Source of the DNA: a virus
Length of the DNA: 64,000 bases
IMG/VR virus record: IMGVR_UViG_3300045988_183533
Direction: 5' to 3' (one strand)
Shown piece by piece: positions 8,123 through 17,167 of this stretch. Under the pieces are notes generated by a model. The model had not been told where the DNA came from. It saw nothing but the letters and a program-made list of their open reading frames with translations, and made no database searches. The position numbers were made by a program, and so were the translations under genes. Within the stretch, counting starts at the first letter, position 1; the number at the start of each line of letters is the position of its first letter.

Positions 8123-9286
8123 TTATTCAGCTGCGGCAGACCGCTCGTACACATCAATGCAGTAGTTGCCCATAATCTTGTTGTACATGCACTCCTGTGC
8201 CAAAGGACCTGCCCCATAGGTATCAACGGCGTTATCGTAGTTACTACCAATATAAGCTTTCACTTCATCGACAGACGGTTTATAGTCCTGTTCCTCTGCC
8301 AGATACTGCGCAACAAGGCTCAGTAAAACATTTTCTTCCGTCTGACTACGAAGACTTTCTGAATACTCCTCCGAGGTCTTATAATTGCTGTATGTCTGAA
8401 CGAATGTCTCCAAGTCCATATTGTAGGCAGTTGCTTCGTTTTCGACATACTTCAAGTTGGTTTCAAGACTCAGGTTGACAAGGTCTGTCGTATCCTTTTT
8501 GAGTTTTACATTGTCAATGAAATACTGTTCAATCTCATTCTGAATCTTATTCATCCGAAGATTCTCTTCAACATATTCACGAAGCAGAGCTACTGTGGTT
8601 ACAGCAGTGCCGTCTTGCAGCTTGTAGCCACTCATGATACCGGCAACATCAGCATCTGTCATGCTATATTGAGAAATTTTATTAAGCGTTACATGGAAAA
8701 CAGCTTCCTTGTTGGCGAGTTCGATAGTCTGCTCGCCTGTAGTTCTATCTGTTGTACTGCTATATCCATCAGGGAATGTTACCGTAACATCAAACGAATC
8801 CCCCGTGTTATGCCCGACGATTTGCTCTTCAAATCCGTCAATAAAGGTATTGGAACCGAGTTCCAAATCGTAGTCTTCTGTTGTTCCACCGGTAAAAGCA
8901 ACACCATCAACCGTACCCTCATAGTCAATGTTCACAACATCGCCTTCCTGTGCGGCGCGGTCTGTTACCTCTGTCGTCAGCTTGTAATTGGACTGAAAAT
9001 AATCCAACTCGCTTTGAATCTCCTCGTCTGTAACGGCGTATACATCTTTGCTGACCGTATACTTCTTATAATCCTTGGGCATCTTTATGTATTTGGACGC
9101 AGTCACATCACGAAAATACCCGTCATCATCAAGACCGAGGTCATACTCAACAGCGGAAGCTGTTTCGGAGGTGGCTGTTTCCGCAGTCTCAGATGCACTT
9201 GTATCGGCCGTATCTTTACTGCACGCAGTCAATGCAATACACGCAGCACTGATGACCGCCAGAATCATTTTTGCGTTTTTCTTCAT
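8123..9286 (-). CDS. Lipoprotein with trigger-factor-like FKBP PPIase domain and TF C-terminal-like domain (extracytoplasmic foldase candidate)
   Basis: Start MKKNAKM at 9286 with AAAGGAGA RBS. Signal peptide plus lipobox LTAC. GDVVNIDYEGTVDGVAFTGG...LELGSNTFIDGFEEQIVGHNTGDSFDVTVTFPDGY closely resembles the trigger factor PPIase region. The track's N-terminal extension is rejected. Confidence 0.65.
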   Translation of the reverse strand: MKKNAKMILAVISAACIALTACSKDTADTSASETAETATSETASAVEYDLGLDDDGYFRDVTASKYIKMPKDYKKYTVSKDVYAVTDEEIQSELDYFQSNYKLTTEVTDRAAQEGDVVNIDYEGTVDGVAFTGGTTEDYDLELGSNTFIDGFEEQIVGHNTGDSFDVTVTFPDGYSSTTDRTTGEQTIELANKEAVFHVTLNKISQYSMTDADVAGIMSGYKLQDGTAVTTVALLREYVEENLRMNKIQNEIEQYFIDNVKLKKDTTDLVNLSLETNLKYVENEATAYNMDLETFVQTYSNYKTSEEYSESLRSQTEENVLLSLVAQYLAEEQDYKPSVDEVKAYIGSNYDNAVDTYGAGPLAQECMYNKIMGNYCIDVYERSAAAE

Positions 9287-9300
9287 GAAAATCTCCTTTA

Positions 9301-9338
9301 TAAAAATACCCCGGCAGACAGGTTGCCTACCGGGGCAG
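9301..9338 (-). terminator. Rho-independent terminator (12-bp stem with two G-U pairs, TATTTTTAT)
   Basis: Lies after the SecE-like stop at 9343. Confidence 0.55.
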
Positions 9339-9342
9339 TATT

Positions 9343-9594
9343 TTAAACGAACAGGAACGGAACGTGAAGCAACAGAGCGTATGCCGCATCCATAATGCCA
9401 ATAATAACGGCGGATACAGCACTCACAACAAGAACTGCTCCGGTTCGATGGAGCGTGTTGTGCATACTCGGCCAAGTCACATTTTTGGGTGCAACCAAAT
9501 TGTGCAGCTTCTTAGGCGTGCTCTTGACGAAAGAAGGAATTGCCTTCACGAAATTCGCAATAGCCGTTCCTACCTTTTTCAGTTTATATTTCAT
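9343..9594 (-). CDS. secE: SecE-like small translocon subunit (83 aa)
   Basis: Start MKYKLKK with AGGAGG RBS; ATGA overlap with the upstream gene. KNVTWPS...TGAVLVVSAVSAVIIGIMDAAY matches the SecE C-terminal TM signature. Confidence 0.6.
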   Translation of the reverse strand: MKYKLKKVGTAIANFVKAIPSFVKSTPKKLHNLVAPKNVTWPSMHNTLHRTGAVLVVSAVSAVIIGIMDAAYALLLHVPFLFV

Positions 9595-9845
9595 GCCGCG
9601 CCTCCTACTCCGGTTACTACGAACATGATGATTGCGATAACAAGCAGAATAGCTGTACATACAGCAACCAGTTTATTTGCGGACGTTTTCGTGCTGTCTT
9701 TAGCACTCGAGCGCATTGTATCACTGATTCCGGTGATAACACTAAGACTGTTCTTGTCAGCCTTATCCATGGAAAGCGTAACCGCACAAACCAGAACAGA
9801 AACCAGCAGAATCAAGATGCACAGAATGATTTCATAAATTGCCAT
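9591..9845 (-). CDS. SecG-like small membrane protein (84 aa, TM-loop-TM)
   Basis: GGGAGGG RBS. Topology and the ...TAILLVIAIIMFVV TM2 resemble SecG/Asp5. Confidence 0.45.
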   Translation of the reverse strand: MAIYEIILCILILLVSVLVCAVTLSMDKADKNSLSVITGISDTMRSSAKDSTKTSANKLVAVCTAILLVIAIIMFVVTGVGGAA

Positions 9846-9860
9846 TGTGTTGCCCTCCCG

Positions 9861-11201
9861 TCAATTCAAGAAACCCTTGTGATGGCGAACCACCAAATGG
9901 CTGTTAAGAGAATCGATAACTTCAAGCGTAACACCTGTGACAATCAACAGACTGGTACCGCCAAAGTGCATGTTCAGACCTGTAACCGCAGTTGCCAAGA
10001 TAGGCACACATGCAATAACCGAAAGAACAAATGCTCCCGAACCGGCGAGAGAATGGCAAGCATTGCGCAGATAATCACTGGTAGCTTTGCCTGCTCGAAT
10101 ACCGGGGATACTGCCGCCGTTCTTACGCAGGTTGTTTGCCATTTCGATGGGGTCAAATGTGATGTCGATGTAGAATAAGTTGAATGCAAAAATCAGGGCT
10201 ACATACGCAACATCATAAATCCAATTCCGCGAATTCCAAGATGCCAGCGCCATATACAGGCTGGGGTGCTTGTTGTAATCGAGGAACATCGTCACGAGAG
10301 ACGGCATACTGCAAATGGTGGACGAGAAAATAATCGGCATAACACCCGACATAATCAGTTTGATGGGGATATAACTGGACTGACCAGTAGATGCTTTGTT
10401 TCCTACATTTTTACCGGCATACTGAACAGGAACGCGGCGCTCTGCATCGCTTGCGAAAACGACATAGAAGGTGGCCGCCAAAACAAAGAGGATGACGCCG
10501 GGAATCATCAGATAATACCACCATCCATTTTCTTTGCCCATTGCAATAGAGTTCTGGAACAACGAGATGACGGCATCCCATCTGGAAATGATACCGGTAA
10601 AGATGATAAGGGAAATACCGTTGCCAATACCTTTTTCGTCAATCAGCCATCCAAGCCAGATGACGATTTGAGAACCAGCAGTCAGAATGGCAATAACAGT
10701 AATGGCTTCCACGACCTGCGAAATGCCGGAAGTGTATTTCATCGCACCGTAGTTCTTCATAATAAAGAAGTACCCGATAGCTGTTACAGCCGCCAAACCA
10801 CAGCCAACATACTGCGTGATTTTATTGATTTGCTTCTGCCCGCCGATGTCCTTGCTGATTTCTTCCAGTTTCGGAATCGCAACAGTCAAAAGCTGGATAA
10901 TGATGCTTGCGTTGATGTATGCAGATACGCCAATCGCAAATACCGCACACTGAGAAAGTGCGCCACCGGAAACCAGATTGTAATAATCCAGTACAGAGGT
11001 GCTTCCGAACATAGTCTGAAGCGCAGCGGTGTTTACGAACGGAATCGTAATACCGCAACCCAGACGATAAATCAGAAGACAAAGGATGGTGAAGAGAATC
11101 TTGTTGCGAACATCATCCACCATCAGCTTCTGAAAGATGGTGCTGTTCGAATAAGACTTTTTGAGTTTCGGCTTTTTCGCCGGATTTTTAATGTTGTCCA
11201 A
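9861..11201 (-). CDS. secY: SecY family preprotein translocase subunit (446 aa), a non-ribosomal-operon copy
   Basis: Full-length 10-TM SecY with GITIPFVNTAALQ, YINASIIIQLLT and plug/hinge regions. TTG start with GGAAGGAG RBS. No rplO/adk/map neighbours. Confidence 0.85.
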   Translation of the reverse strand: MDNIKNPAKKPKLKKSYSNSTIFQKLMVDDVRNKILFTILCLLIYRLGCGITIPFVNTAALQTMFGSTSVLDYYNLVSGGALSQCAVFAIGVSAYINASIIIQLLTVAIPKLEEISKDIGGQKQINKITQYVGCGLAAVTAIGYFFIMKNYGAMKYTSGISQVVEAITVIAILTAGSQIVIWLGWLIDEKGIGNGISLIIFTGIISRWDAVISLFQNSIAMGKENGWWYYLMIPGVILFVLAATFYVVFASDAERRVPVQYAGKNVGNKASTGQSSYIPIKLIMSGVMPIIFSSTICSMPSLVTMFLDYNKHPSLYMALASWNSRNWIYDVAYVALIFAFNLFYIDITFDPIEMANNLRKNGGSIPGIRAGKATSDYLRNACHSLAGSGAFVLSVIACVPILATAVTGLNMHFGGTSLLIVTGVTLEVIDSLNSHLVVRHHKGFLN

Positions 11202-11225
11202 TGCTTACTCCTTCCGCGACTGAGA

Positions 11226-11501
11226 TTATCGAGCAAAGAAAGCAACGATGATTCGCATCAGAAAGGCTACAACGGCCAACTTCGTTGCAAGCCACATGAA
11301 CCAATCGAGTTTGTCGATACCTTCGTCGAATACATTTGTTGCGGCAGCATCTTTTTTGTTACTGTCGCAATCCCCGTCAACATGGTTTTTCTTGATTTTG
11401 TTGCGATTAAGCACAAACAAAGTTCGAAACAAAGCCCATGTTGCAATACAGAATCCGTATACGATTAGAAGCTCGATACAGAAACTGTGCAAAGACGACA
11501 T
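11226..11501 (-). CDS. Small 2-TM membrane protein (91 aa)
   Basis: Translationally coupled to the upstream gene (TAATG overlap). Confidence 0.45.
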   Translation of the reverse strand: MSSLHSFCIELLIVYGFCIATWALFRTLFVLNRNKIKKNHVDGDCDSNKKDAAATNVFDEGIDKLDWFMWLATKLAVVAFLMRIIVAFFAR

Positions 11502-12178
11502 TAAGCGGATGCGCCGTTGGCGTCAGGAGTCGTATTGGAGGAGGTCTCGGCAACGGCCTCTACCGGAGTTTCCGTGACAGTCTCTGCGGGAGAAGTGATA
11601 TCCCCGGTGATTGCGGGGACATTGGCATCTTCTGCGACCGACTCATTGACGGGCGCTTCAATAACCGCATCCTTGACTCCATCAGCAGTCACTTTCTTTG
11701 CTGCGATTTTTGCGAAGTGCTCATTGCGCTTTTCACGGCAAGCCTTGCAGCGGGTGGGGAGCTTGTAGTCATGGACGACATACCAGTACAGCTCGCGATT
11801 GGTAAACTGCAGCTTCTGACCGCAATCTGCGCAGGTGTCTTCCAGACCGATGTTATCCAGCCCGCGCTTCACGAAGTCGCGATGAATTTTGCGGCATTCC
11901 GGGCAGCGGTTCGGCAGAGAATAACCGTGACTCTCGAAGAAATCGCGGTCACGATTGGTGATGTCGAATTCATGACCGCAGTCAACGCACTTGCGGGTCT
12001 CAAACACCTCATTGCTCTTTGCATCAGCTTCCTTGCGAGCTTCATCCTCTGCGCGGCGCTTTGCGAAATCGTCACGCATACGACACTCGCGGCACAGCAC
12101 CTCGCTCTCATTGGCGGTGCTGAACGGCTTGTTGCACTTCTCACAGGTCTTGCGGAATTTCTTTGCTGCATCTTTCAT
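11501..12178 (-). CDS. Triple zinc-ribbon protein (three CxxC-N17-23-CxxCR units, FmdB-like) with acidic C-terminal tail
   Basis: ATG with AAAGGAGA RBS. Units: CEKCN..CRECR, CVDCGHEF..CPECR, CADCGQ..CKACR. Confidence 0.55.
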   Translation of the reverse strand: MKDAAKKFRKTCEKCNKPFSTANESEVLCRECRMRDDFAKRRAEDEARKEADAKSNEVFETRKCVDCGHEFDITNRDRDFFESHGYSLPNRCPECRKIHRDFVKRGLDNIGLEDTCADCGQKLQFTNRELYWYVVHDYKLPTRCKACREKRNEHFAKIAAKKVTADGVKDAVIEAPVNESVAEDANVPAITGDITSPAETVTETPVEAVAETSSNTTPDANGASA

Positions 12179-12222
12179 GGTTTAAGTCTCCTTTATGGTA
12201 AAAAAATTAAAATAATGATTGA

Positions 12223-12738
12223 TTAGGCGTTGGGACCAGAAAAAGAATCGATAATTTCATCAACGTGGACGTTCAAGTCGGACTTGTCATCATCTTTCTT
12301 GGCGGGCTGTTTTACAGGAACAACGATATCAGGCTCATTCTTCTTTTCCTCCGCCGCCTTTTCTTCAACAGGCTTCTCTGCGGATTCATCCTTGGCCTTA
12401 GTGACCTCGGACGCGTTATCGGAATCTGCCTTGGCGGATTCATCCTTATCGGCATCAGGATTCGCTTCGGTTGCCTTATCAGTATCCTTTTTCGCTTCGT
12501 CATGCTGGCGCTCTACACGGATGACATGAACGGCAGTCACAGGCGCGTGATGAATATCATCGATGCAATCGTCACAGCCGCAGCAGTCATCACAGTCATC
12601 GCAGTCGTCGTCATCATGAAGATAGCCGTCATCCTCCAACTCCTTGATGACCTCATGCTTGACATACTTGGTCGTGAGTTTCAGGGCAACGGCTGCAACG
12701 GTGGCGGCACCAATAACGGACAGAATGTTCTTCTTCAT
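12223..12738 (-). CDS. Membrane-anchored or secreted protein with dense Asp/Cys cluster (DDDDCDDCDDCCGCDDCIDD) and K/E/D-rich tail
   Basis: N-terminal signal anchor; AAAGGAGA RBS. First gene of the SecYEG operon, directly downstream of B-type promoter 12780-12814. Confidence 0.55.
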   Translation of the reverse strand: MKKNILSVIGAATVAAVALKLTTKYVKHEVIKELEDDGYLHDDDDCDDCDDCCGCDDCIDDIHHAPVTAVHVIRVERQHDEAKKDTDKATEANPDADKDESAKADSDNASEVTKAKDESAEKPVEEKAAEEKKNEPDIVVPVKQPAKKDDDKSDLNVHVDEIIDSFSGPNA

Positions 12739-12779
12739 AAATTTCTCCTTTGACTAAAAAACAATGTTTCGCTTGGAAT

Positions 12780-12814
12780 ATTTATATTATACCACATAAA
12801 TATAATGTGGTCAA
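12780..12814 (-). promoter_or_regulatory. B-type sigmaA promoter (TTGACC-N17-TGTGGTATAAT) overlapping palindrome CCACATAAATATAATGTGG
   Basis: -35 at 12809-12814; extended -10 at 12786-12791 with TRTG. Confidence 0.7.
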
Positions 12815-12825
12815 TACAAATTGCG

Positions 12826-12860
12826 AATAAAAAAATGCCCCGCCGAAGCAGGGCATGAAA
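12826..12860 (-). terminator. Rho-independent terminator (ATGCCCTGC-TTCG-GCGGGGCAT, T7)
   Basis: Hairpin plus T-run downstream of the 12874 gene. Confidence 0.65.
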
Positions 12861-12873
12861 AATCAGAAATGTT

Positions 12874-13527
12874 TTAACGAATACCGTATCCCATATCTTG
12901 CCGTACAAGCTTTATCTCCGAGGTGTCCTTTAGACTGTCGGGGAATATCTCCTTGATATAATCCTGATAGCGTTTCGTAACATACTTTACGCCGAGCTCC
13001 TCCGGCTTGATACCTTCAGCCGCTTTTCTGATACGCTGATTCGATGCGCGGGAAGCACATTTCTTGCACAAGCAAAGTGCGACATTAGAGATACCTTCAC
13101 TGCCGCAGACAGCGCATTTTGCATGCACTTTATCTCTGTCCCATTCCTTTATTTCTTTTCCGTTTTCCGGGTCTATCACAAGGCGGTTGCGCTTACAACG
13201 ACGCACGTAAAACACACTTTGGCAACAGGCAACACACAAGCCTAAATCTCTGCGGTAGTGAGAAGAACGTCCATCTGTGACTTCACCGCACAAAAGACAC
13301 TTGTTCTGAGAAACAATGCTCTGGTACTTGAGAACCTTATTCACCAATAACCTTTTTATAAGTTCACCGGTCAAATCGGGTTTCGGAGGATACATGTCCC
13401 ACCCATTTACTGGGAACAAGCTGGTGAAATCGCTCCATTCATCATCGGAAAACGAGCAGCCGACAGGCTTGAGCACCTTTGGAAGCTTGTTGGACCATAC
13501 TTTTTCGGCATTGGATTTCTTCGGCAT
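12874..13527 (-). CDS. Cys-rich zinc-finger protein (about 217 aa)
   Basis: Multiple CxxC pairs (CLLCGE, CVACC, CAVCG, CLCKKC). ATG 13527 with GGAG RBS is preferred over 13584. Confidence 0.5.
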   Translation of the reverse strand: MPKKSNAEKVWSNKLPKVLKPVGCSFSDDEWSDFTSLFPVNGWDMYPPKPDLTGELIKRLLVNKVLKYQSIVSQNKCLLCGEVTDGRSSHYRRDLGLCVACCQSVFYVRRCKRNRLVIDPENGKEIKEWDRDKVHAKCAVCGSEGISNVALCLCKKCASRASNQRIRKAAEGIKPEELGVKYVTKRYQDYIKEIFPDSLKDTSEIKLVRQDMGYGIR

Positions 13528-13558
13528 ACAGATTGCTCCTTTGAGGGGGGTGACAAAA

Positions 13559-14983
13559 TCAATATTCTGCCACGATGTTATCATCGGGTTTTTTCTTTAT
13601 CAAAGAGTCCCCGAATCGATTTACATGTTCTTTCGGCGGTTCAATGACCTCGATATCGACATCCTCCACTTTTTCGATTTCGTCAGAGGATTCATCGCCC
13701 TTTTCGTCCTGAACACTATCCGATGGATTGGTGGTTTGTGCGTCCTCCTTTGCGACATCCGAAAGCAAATCAAATGTCAGCTGAGAATTTGAAGACGCTG
13801 GTTTCTTTTCTCTTTTTTTGGTTGTTTGGCGTTTTTTGGAAGTCCTTTTGGGTTTTACATGTTCACTGGAACCAACCTCACTTACTGCAGAACTTATTGT
13901 GCTTGTATCGGCAACAATGTCCACGGAAGCTGTGCCCTTGTCTGTTTCGGTTATAGGTTCTTGAACTTCTTCGTTTTTCGGTAAATCACCTTTATCAGGT
14001 TGCCTTGCTTTTAAGGCAGAAGGCTTCTGCACGTTCGCTTCCGGTTCTTCTTGCACCACGGCCTCTTCCTTGACTGGAATCTTGGCGGCTCCTTTTTGCA
14101 AAAGGCCATCGATTGCTACAACGGCCTCAGATTTCTTTTCTTCGGACTCCGCCTTCTGTACTGCACAGCGAATCGCCTCGGCTTTTTCTTTCTTTTCTTT
14201 TTCTGCTGATGCGGTATTTTCGCTTTCTTTTATCTCAGCAGGCACATTCATGTCGGATTTCGAGTTCCACCACTTTTCAATAGTAGTAATCGTTCTCTCT
14301 ACTAATATTATACCACAAAATTTGTGGTTTGACAACTTGCGGCTCGGTACGAAGCATACGATGCCACACAGAGAAGTAACCAATAAAACGATAGCAAACC
14401 CCGTGTCAAAGATGAAGCAGATGAACGATACCGGAATCAGCAGTTCGCAAATGCCGCGCATAATAAATGCCGCTTTATCTCCTTGGTCTTTTCGGTTTTG
14501 CATAAAACTGTCTCTCCCCTTCTGTGGGTGATAAGACAAACCACTTAATAAGCCATTTGTTGCCCAATCACAAGGTATCTCGTAGGTCTTTTCTCCTAAG
14601 CAGTCTGTGTACTGAATTACGGTAATATCGAAGTAATCACCATTCTTTTGCGATGCCAAGAATGTCTGTAAGAATTCCTTTCCAACAGACCGAGCAGGAA
14701 CGATGATTGTTTCGATGCCGTCAGAATCTTTTGCAGCGATATCTACCACATAGGTATCATCTTCACCGCGCCATACGTTCTGCACAATACCGCGCACCAA
14801 TATGCCACGCTTATGAACACGCCTCCCCATAAAAGTAAAGGAGTTTTCAGAATACCATGTATTTACCATGCAATACGCAGCAATAATAAGCAATGTAAGG
14901 TACTTAACATTTATGGTGATAATGCTTAAAGAAAAAATATACGGAACGAGCATCAGCAAGATGAATGATACAAAGCTATTCAC
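13559..14983 (-). CDS. Membrane protein (474 aa): N-terminal 2-TM plus beta-rich domain, second TM block, long K/E-rich low-complexity C-terminus
   Basis: GTG start with GAAGGCGGTGA RBS. The N-terminal module is paralogous to that of the 14980..15654 protein. Confidence 0.5.
   Translation of the reverse strand: MNSFVSFILLMLVPYIFSLSIITINVKYLTLLIIAAYCMVNTWYSENSFTFMGRRVHKRGILVRGIVQNVWRGEDDTYVVDIAAKDSDGIETIIVPARSVGKEFLQTFLASQKNGDYFDITVIQYTDCLGEKTYEIPCDWATNGLLSGLSYHPQKGRDSFMQNRKDQGDKAAFIMRGICELLIPVSFICFIFDTGFAIVLLVTSLCGIVCFVPSRKLSNHKFCGIILVERTITTIEKWWNSKSDMNVPAEIKESENTASAEKEKKEKAEAIRCAVQKAESEEKKSEAVVAIDGLLQKGAAKIPVKEEAVVQEEPEANVQKPSALKARQPDKGDLPKNEEVQEPITETDKGTASVDIVADTSTISSAVSEVGSSEHVKPKRTSKKRQTTKKREKKPASSNSQLTFDLLSDVAKEDAQTTNPSDSVQDEKGDESSDEIEKVEDVDIEVIEPPKEHVNRFGDSLIKKKPDDNIVAEY
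14305..14336 (-). promoter_or_regulatory. B-type promoter sequence embedded inside the 13559..14983 coding sequence (TTGTCA-N17-TGTGGTATAAT, palindrome CCACAAATTTTGTGG)
   Basis: Perfect extended -10 and -35 sit within codons ...[11 protein letters not shown]... An in-frame ATG (MNVPAEI) lies about 55 nt downstream. Confidence 0.4.
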
Positions 14984-15654
14984 TTTGAATCACCGCCTTC
15001 ACCAAATCCATCCAAAAAGACGAGGTTGTCTTTGGTGTGTTTCTTTTTTTGCTCAACAACTTCTTTTTCGGCTTCTTGTTTGACTTTATTGTACGCTTCC
15101 AACGGACTCATGGAAGGTGCTGATTTTTGCGTATCAGCGGGGACGATAGTATCATCGTTTTTGACGGCTGTCGTTACACGACTGCAGGTTACGAGATTTC
15201 TGTCATTAAACGCAGTTACGCCATCCTCATTTGATTTAAAAATAAAGTCATACATAGCACCAACGAAGAAAGAGTTTTTAACGTTTTTCTTTGATTCGTT
15301 GACGCTGAGGAAAAAATCGTATTTTCCGTTTTTGTCGATAAACTCTCCGTCCTCATTGACAGGGATGATTCGATAGGTTGAAATCTGCTGGCGAATCATA
15401 TTTTTGCTGGACTCATCGGATACAACAATTCCCTTAACAGTCTTATACCGTTCATTTTTTTCATCATTATGAATCTCATAAATTTGAAAAATAAAATAAG
15501 CAGCGCACATCAAGCCGATAAGAAGAATCTTCCACTCCTGCATTACAACAACACCGAAAATAGAAGCAATCAAGAACAGAATAGCGATAAGCCCATTCTT
15601 CACATACATAGATGTGATAAGAGATTTGCAATCCGGATGATAAATCTTAGACAT
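14980..15654 (-). CDS. Membrane protein (about 224 aa), paralog of the N-terminus of the 13559..14983 protein
   Basis: ATG 15654 with GGCGGTGA RBS. 2 TM, then [11 protein letters not shown] motif similar to [16 protein letters not shown] in the neighbouring gene. Confidence 0.5.
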   Translation of the reverse strand: MSKIYHPDCKSLITSMYVKNGLIAILFLIASIFGVVVMQEWKILLIGLMCAAYFIFQIYEIHNDEKNERYKTVKGIVVSDESSKNMIRQQISTYRIIPVNEDGEFIDKNGKYDFFLSVNESKKNVKNSFFVGAMYDFIFKSNEDGVTAFNDRNLVTCSRVTTAVKNDDTIVPADTQKSAPSMSPLEAYNKVKQEAEKEVVEQKKKHTKDNLVFLDGFGEGGDSK

Positions 15655-15655
15655 T

Positions 15656-16642
15656 TTATTCACCGCCTTCTACGTTAGAATCTTTATCTGCGCTGTTTGT
15701 CGTACTGGCAGACTGTAAAATGCTTGCACCCTGCTCATTCAGAACATCCTCGATTGTCTTGTTGCGTAGTTTGATGCTGGACAAAACGACATCGTAAGAC
15801 CCCCCAGACGAAGTAGTTACCCGTGCGATATATTGAATGGTCGTATCCCCAGCAAGCAATGCGCCGTCTATTGTTTGCTTCTGACGATTTCCATCCTTAT
15901 CTTCGGTTTCAACCACATACATATCCTGTGACGCTTTTTGTGCAGATACAGAAGACGTCATAACAATATCTCCGGCCTTCATATCAGAGGTCGCGAACTT
16001 ATTTACGATGGAACCTGTTCTATCCACAAAGAACACAGGAGTATCCTGCTGCATCTTCCCATCGCCATCTACGAAATGCGAACCGCATAAGGATTCGTAT
16101 TCGTTGACACTCAAAGTCTTATAGCTGAGTTCTGAATCCTCGATGGTATCCCCGGAAGGAATATCCACATTTACGACAGCGACCTTATACTCTCCGGTAA
16201 GCTGTCCACTGATTTGGACCCAATTTGTGTATACGAAGAAGCCAATAGCGATGGCGACAACGGCAACAATGAACATTGCGATACCGATGTTACGCTTGTT
16301 GTTGTTTTTGATGATTTGTGCCTGTTCAAGGATTTCTTTGCTGGCATGCTTAGTATCTTTAAGCGTCTGGTTTGCTTCATCCAGTGTATCGCTTGTCTTT
16401 GTAAGCACTTCGTAAGCTTTGGTTTCTCTATGGCCGACATTCACATTCAGCCCTTTTGCGCCATTGTTATTGGCAGACTTTGCGTTGTTGTATTCGGCGC
16501 GAAGCGTTTCCACAACAGAATCGTCAAGCGTCATCTGTTCCCCGTTAGGCAGAATTACCGTACCATCATCATAGACATCGAAAACACGTTCTTTGCCTTC
16601 ATACATGGCGCGTACCTGACCGATAACATAATGTTCGTTCAT
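15656..16642 (-). CDS. Bitopic membrane protein with possible SAF-like domain (CpaB/FlgA-type fold)
   Basis: ATG 16642 with AAGGGGTG RBS. TM at about residue 140, then YKVAVVNVDIPSGDTIEDSEL...GDIVMTSSVS. Confidence 0.4.
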   Translation of the reverse strand: MNEHYVIGQVRAMYEGKERVFDVYDDGTVILPNGEQMTLDDSVVETLRAEYNNAKSANNNGAKGLNVNVGHRETKAYEVLTKTSDTLDEANQTLKDTKHASKEILEQAQIIKNNNKRNIGIAMFIVAVVAIAIGFFVYTNWVQISGQLTGEYKVAVVNVDIPSGDTIEDSELSYKTLSVNEYESLCGSHFVDGDGKMQQDTPVFFVDRTGSIVNKFATSDMKAGDIVMTSSVSAQKASQDMYVVETEDKDGNRQKQTIDGALLAGDTTIQYIARVTTSSGGSYDVVLSSIKLRNKTIEDVLNEQGASILQSASTTNSADKDSNVEGGE

Positions 16643-16656
16643 GTTTATCACACCCC

Positions 16657-17151
16657 TTATCTCTTGTACTTTTCGAACACCTTGCGCGAAGGAGCTCTCG
16701 GACCGCACATCTTGCACTTTTTACTCTGCTCAACATAATCAATGAGCATCTGACGTTCCCATTCAAGGTATTCGTCCATATTTTTTTCTTTCCATGAATC
16801 GAATTTGCCGTATGAAACACCGAGATAACTGGCGAATATGCTGACAGCATTCAGCATATAATCATTCGGGATTACAACCCTTTTTCCGTCCAGATTGTAA
16901 GCATGTCCCGTAGTGATTTTATTTCTTGTCTGTCCTATCTTCATTCGCCTCGTTTCTGTGTTCTTCTTTACCTGAGTTTCTCTTCTTAGGGTACTGCAGA
17001 ACTTACAATATTGAGTGTTTTTGGCGGTAGAATAAAAAATCCTGCCGCATTCCTTGCATTTGCGCTCGTACGTTATGGTTTTAGGAGTTGTACTTTGTTT
17101 TTGGGTTTCTGTATGGTTGATGTTTTCAGAAGTACAATGATTCCGAGCCAT
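16657..17151 (-). CDS. Basic zinc-ribbon protein (164 aa; CKECG...CKFC; CKMCG)
   Basis: AGAGGT RBS. Confidence 0.5.
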   Translation of the reverse strand: MARNHCTSENINHTETQKQSTTPKTITYERKCKECGRIFYSTAKNTQYCKFCSTLRRETQVKKNTETRRMKIGQTRNKITTGHAYNLDGKRVVIPNDYMLNAVSIFASYLGVSYGKFDSWKEKNMDEYLEWERQMLIDYVEQSKKCKMCGPRAPSRKVFEKYKR

Positions 17152-17167
17152 AATCTGTACCTCTTAT

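Noticed and set aside
9287-9475. ORF-track N-terminal extensions, for example 8123..9475 (MAEYAQH...), 19985..21121, 62623..63921, 17168..18274 and 3316..3570
   Set aside because: The extended N-termini are Cys/Arg-rich non-protein-like sequence that passes through terminators or promoters. Internal ATG or TTG starts carry canonical AGGAGG-type RBSs and give sensible signal peptides or domain starts.
9861-11201. Reading the SecY gene as the housekeeping secY
   Set aside because: It is not in an rplO-secY-adk-map context. It is co-operonic with SecG-like and SecE-like genes, zinc-ribbon proteins and unknown proteins, and sits on a partition-gene-bearing element. Only the whole genome can exclude the housekeeping reading.
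10266-11468. 400-aa plus-strand ORF opposite secY; likewise 8615-9346, 19979-20974 and 28737-30152
   Set aside because: They are antisense to clearly conserved minus-strand genes (SecY, TF-like lipoprotein, ParM, secreted protein), carry no translation signals, and are His/Arg/Cys-rich shadow translations.
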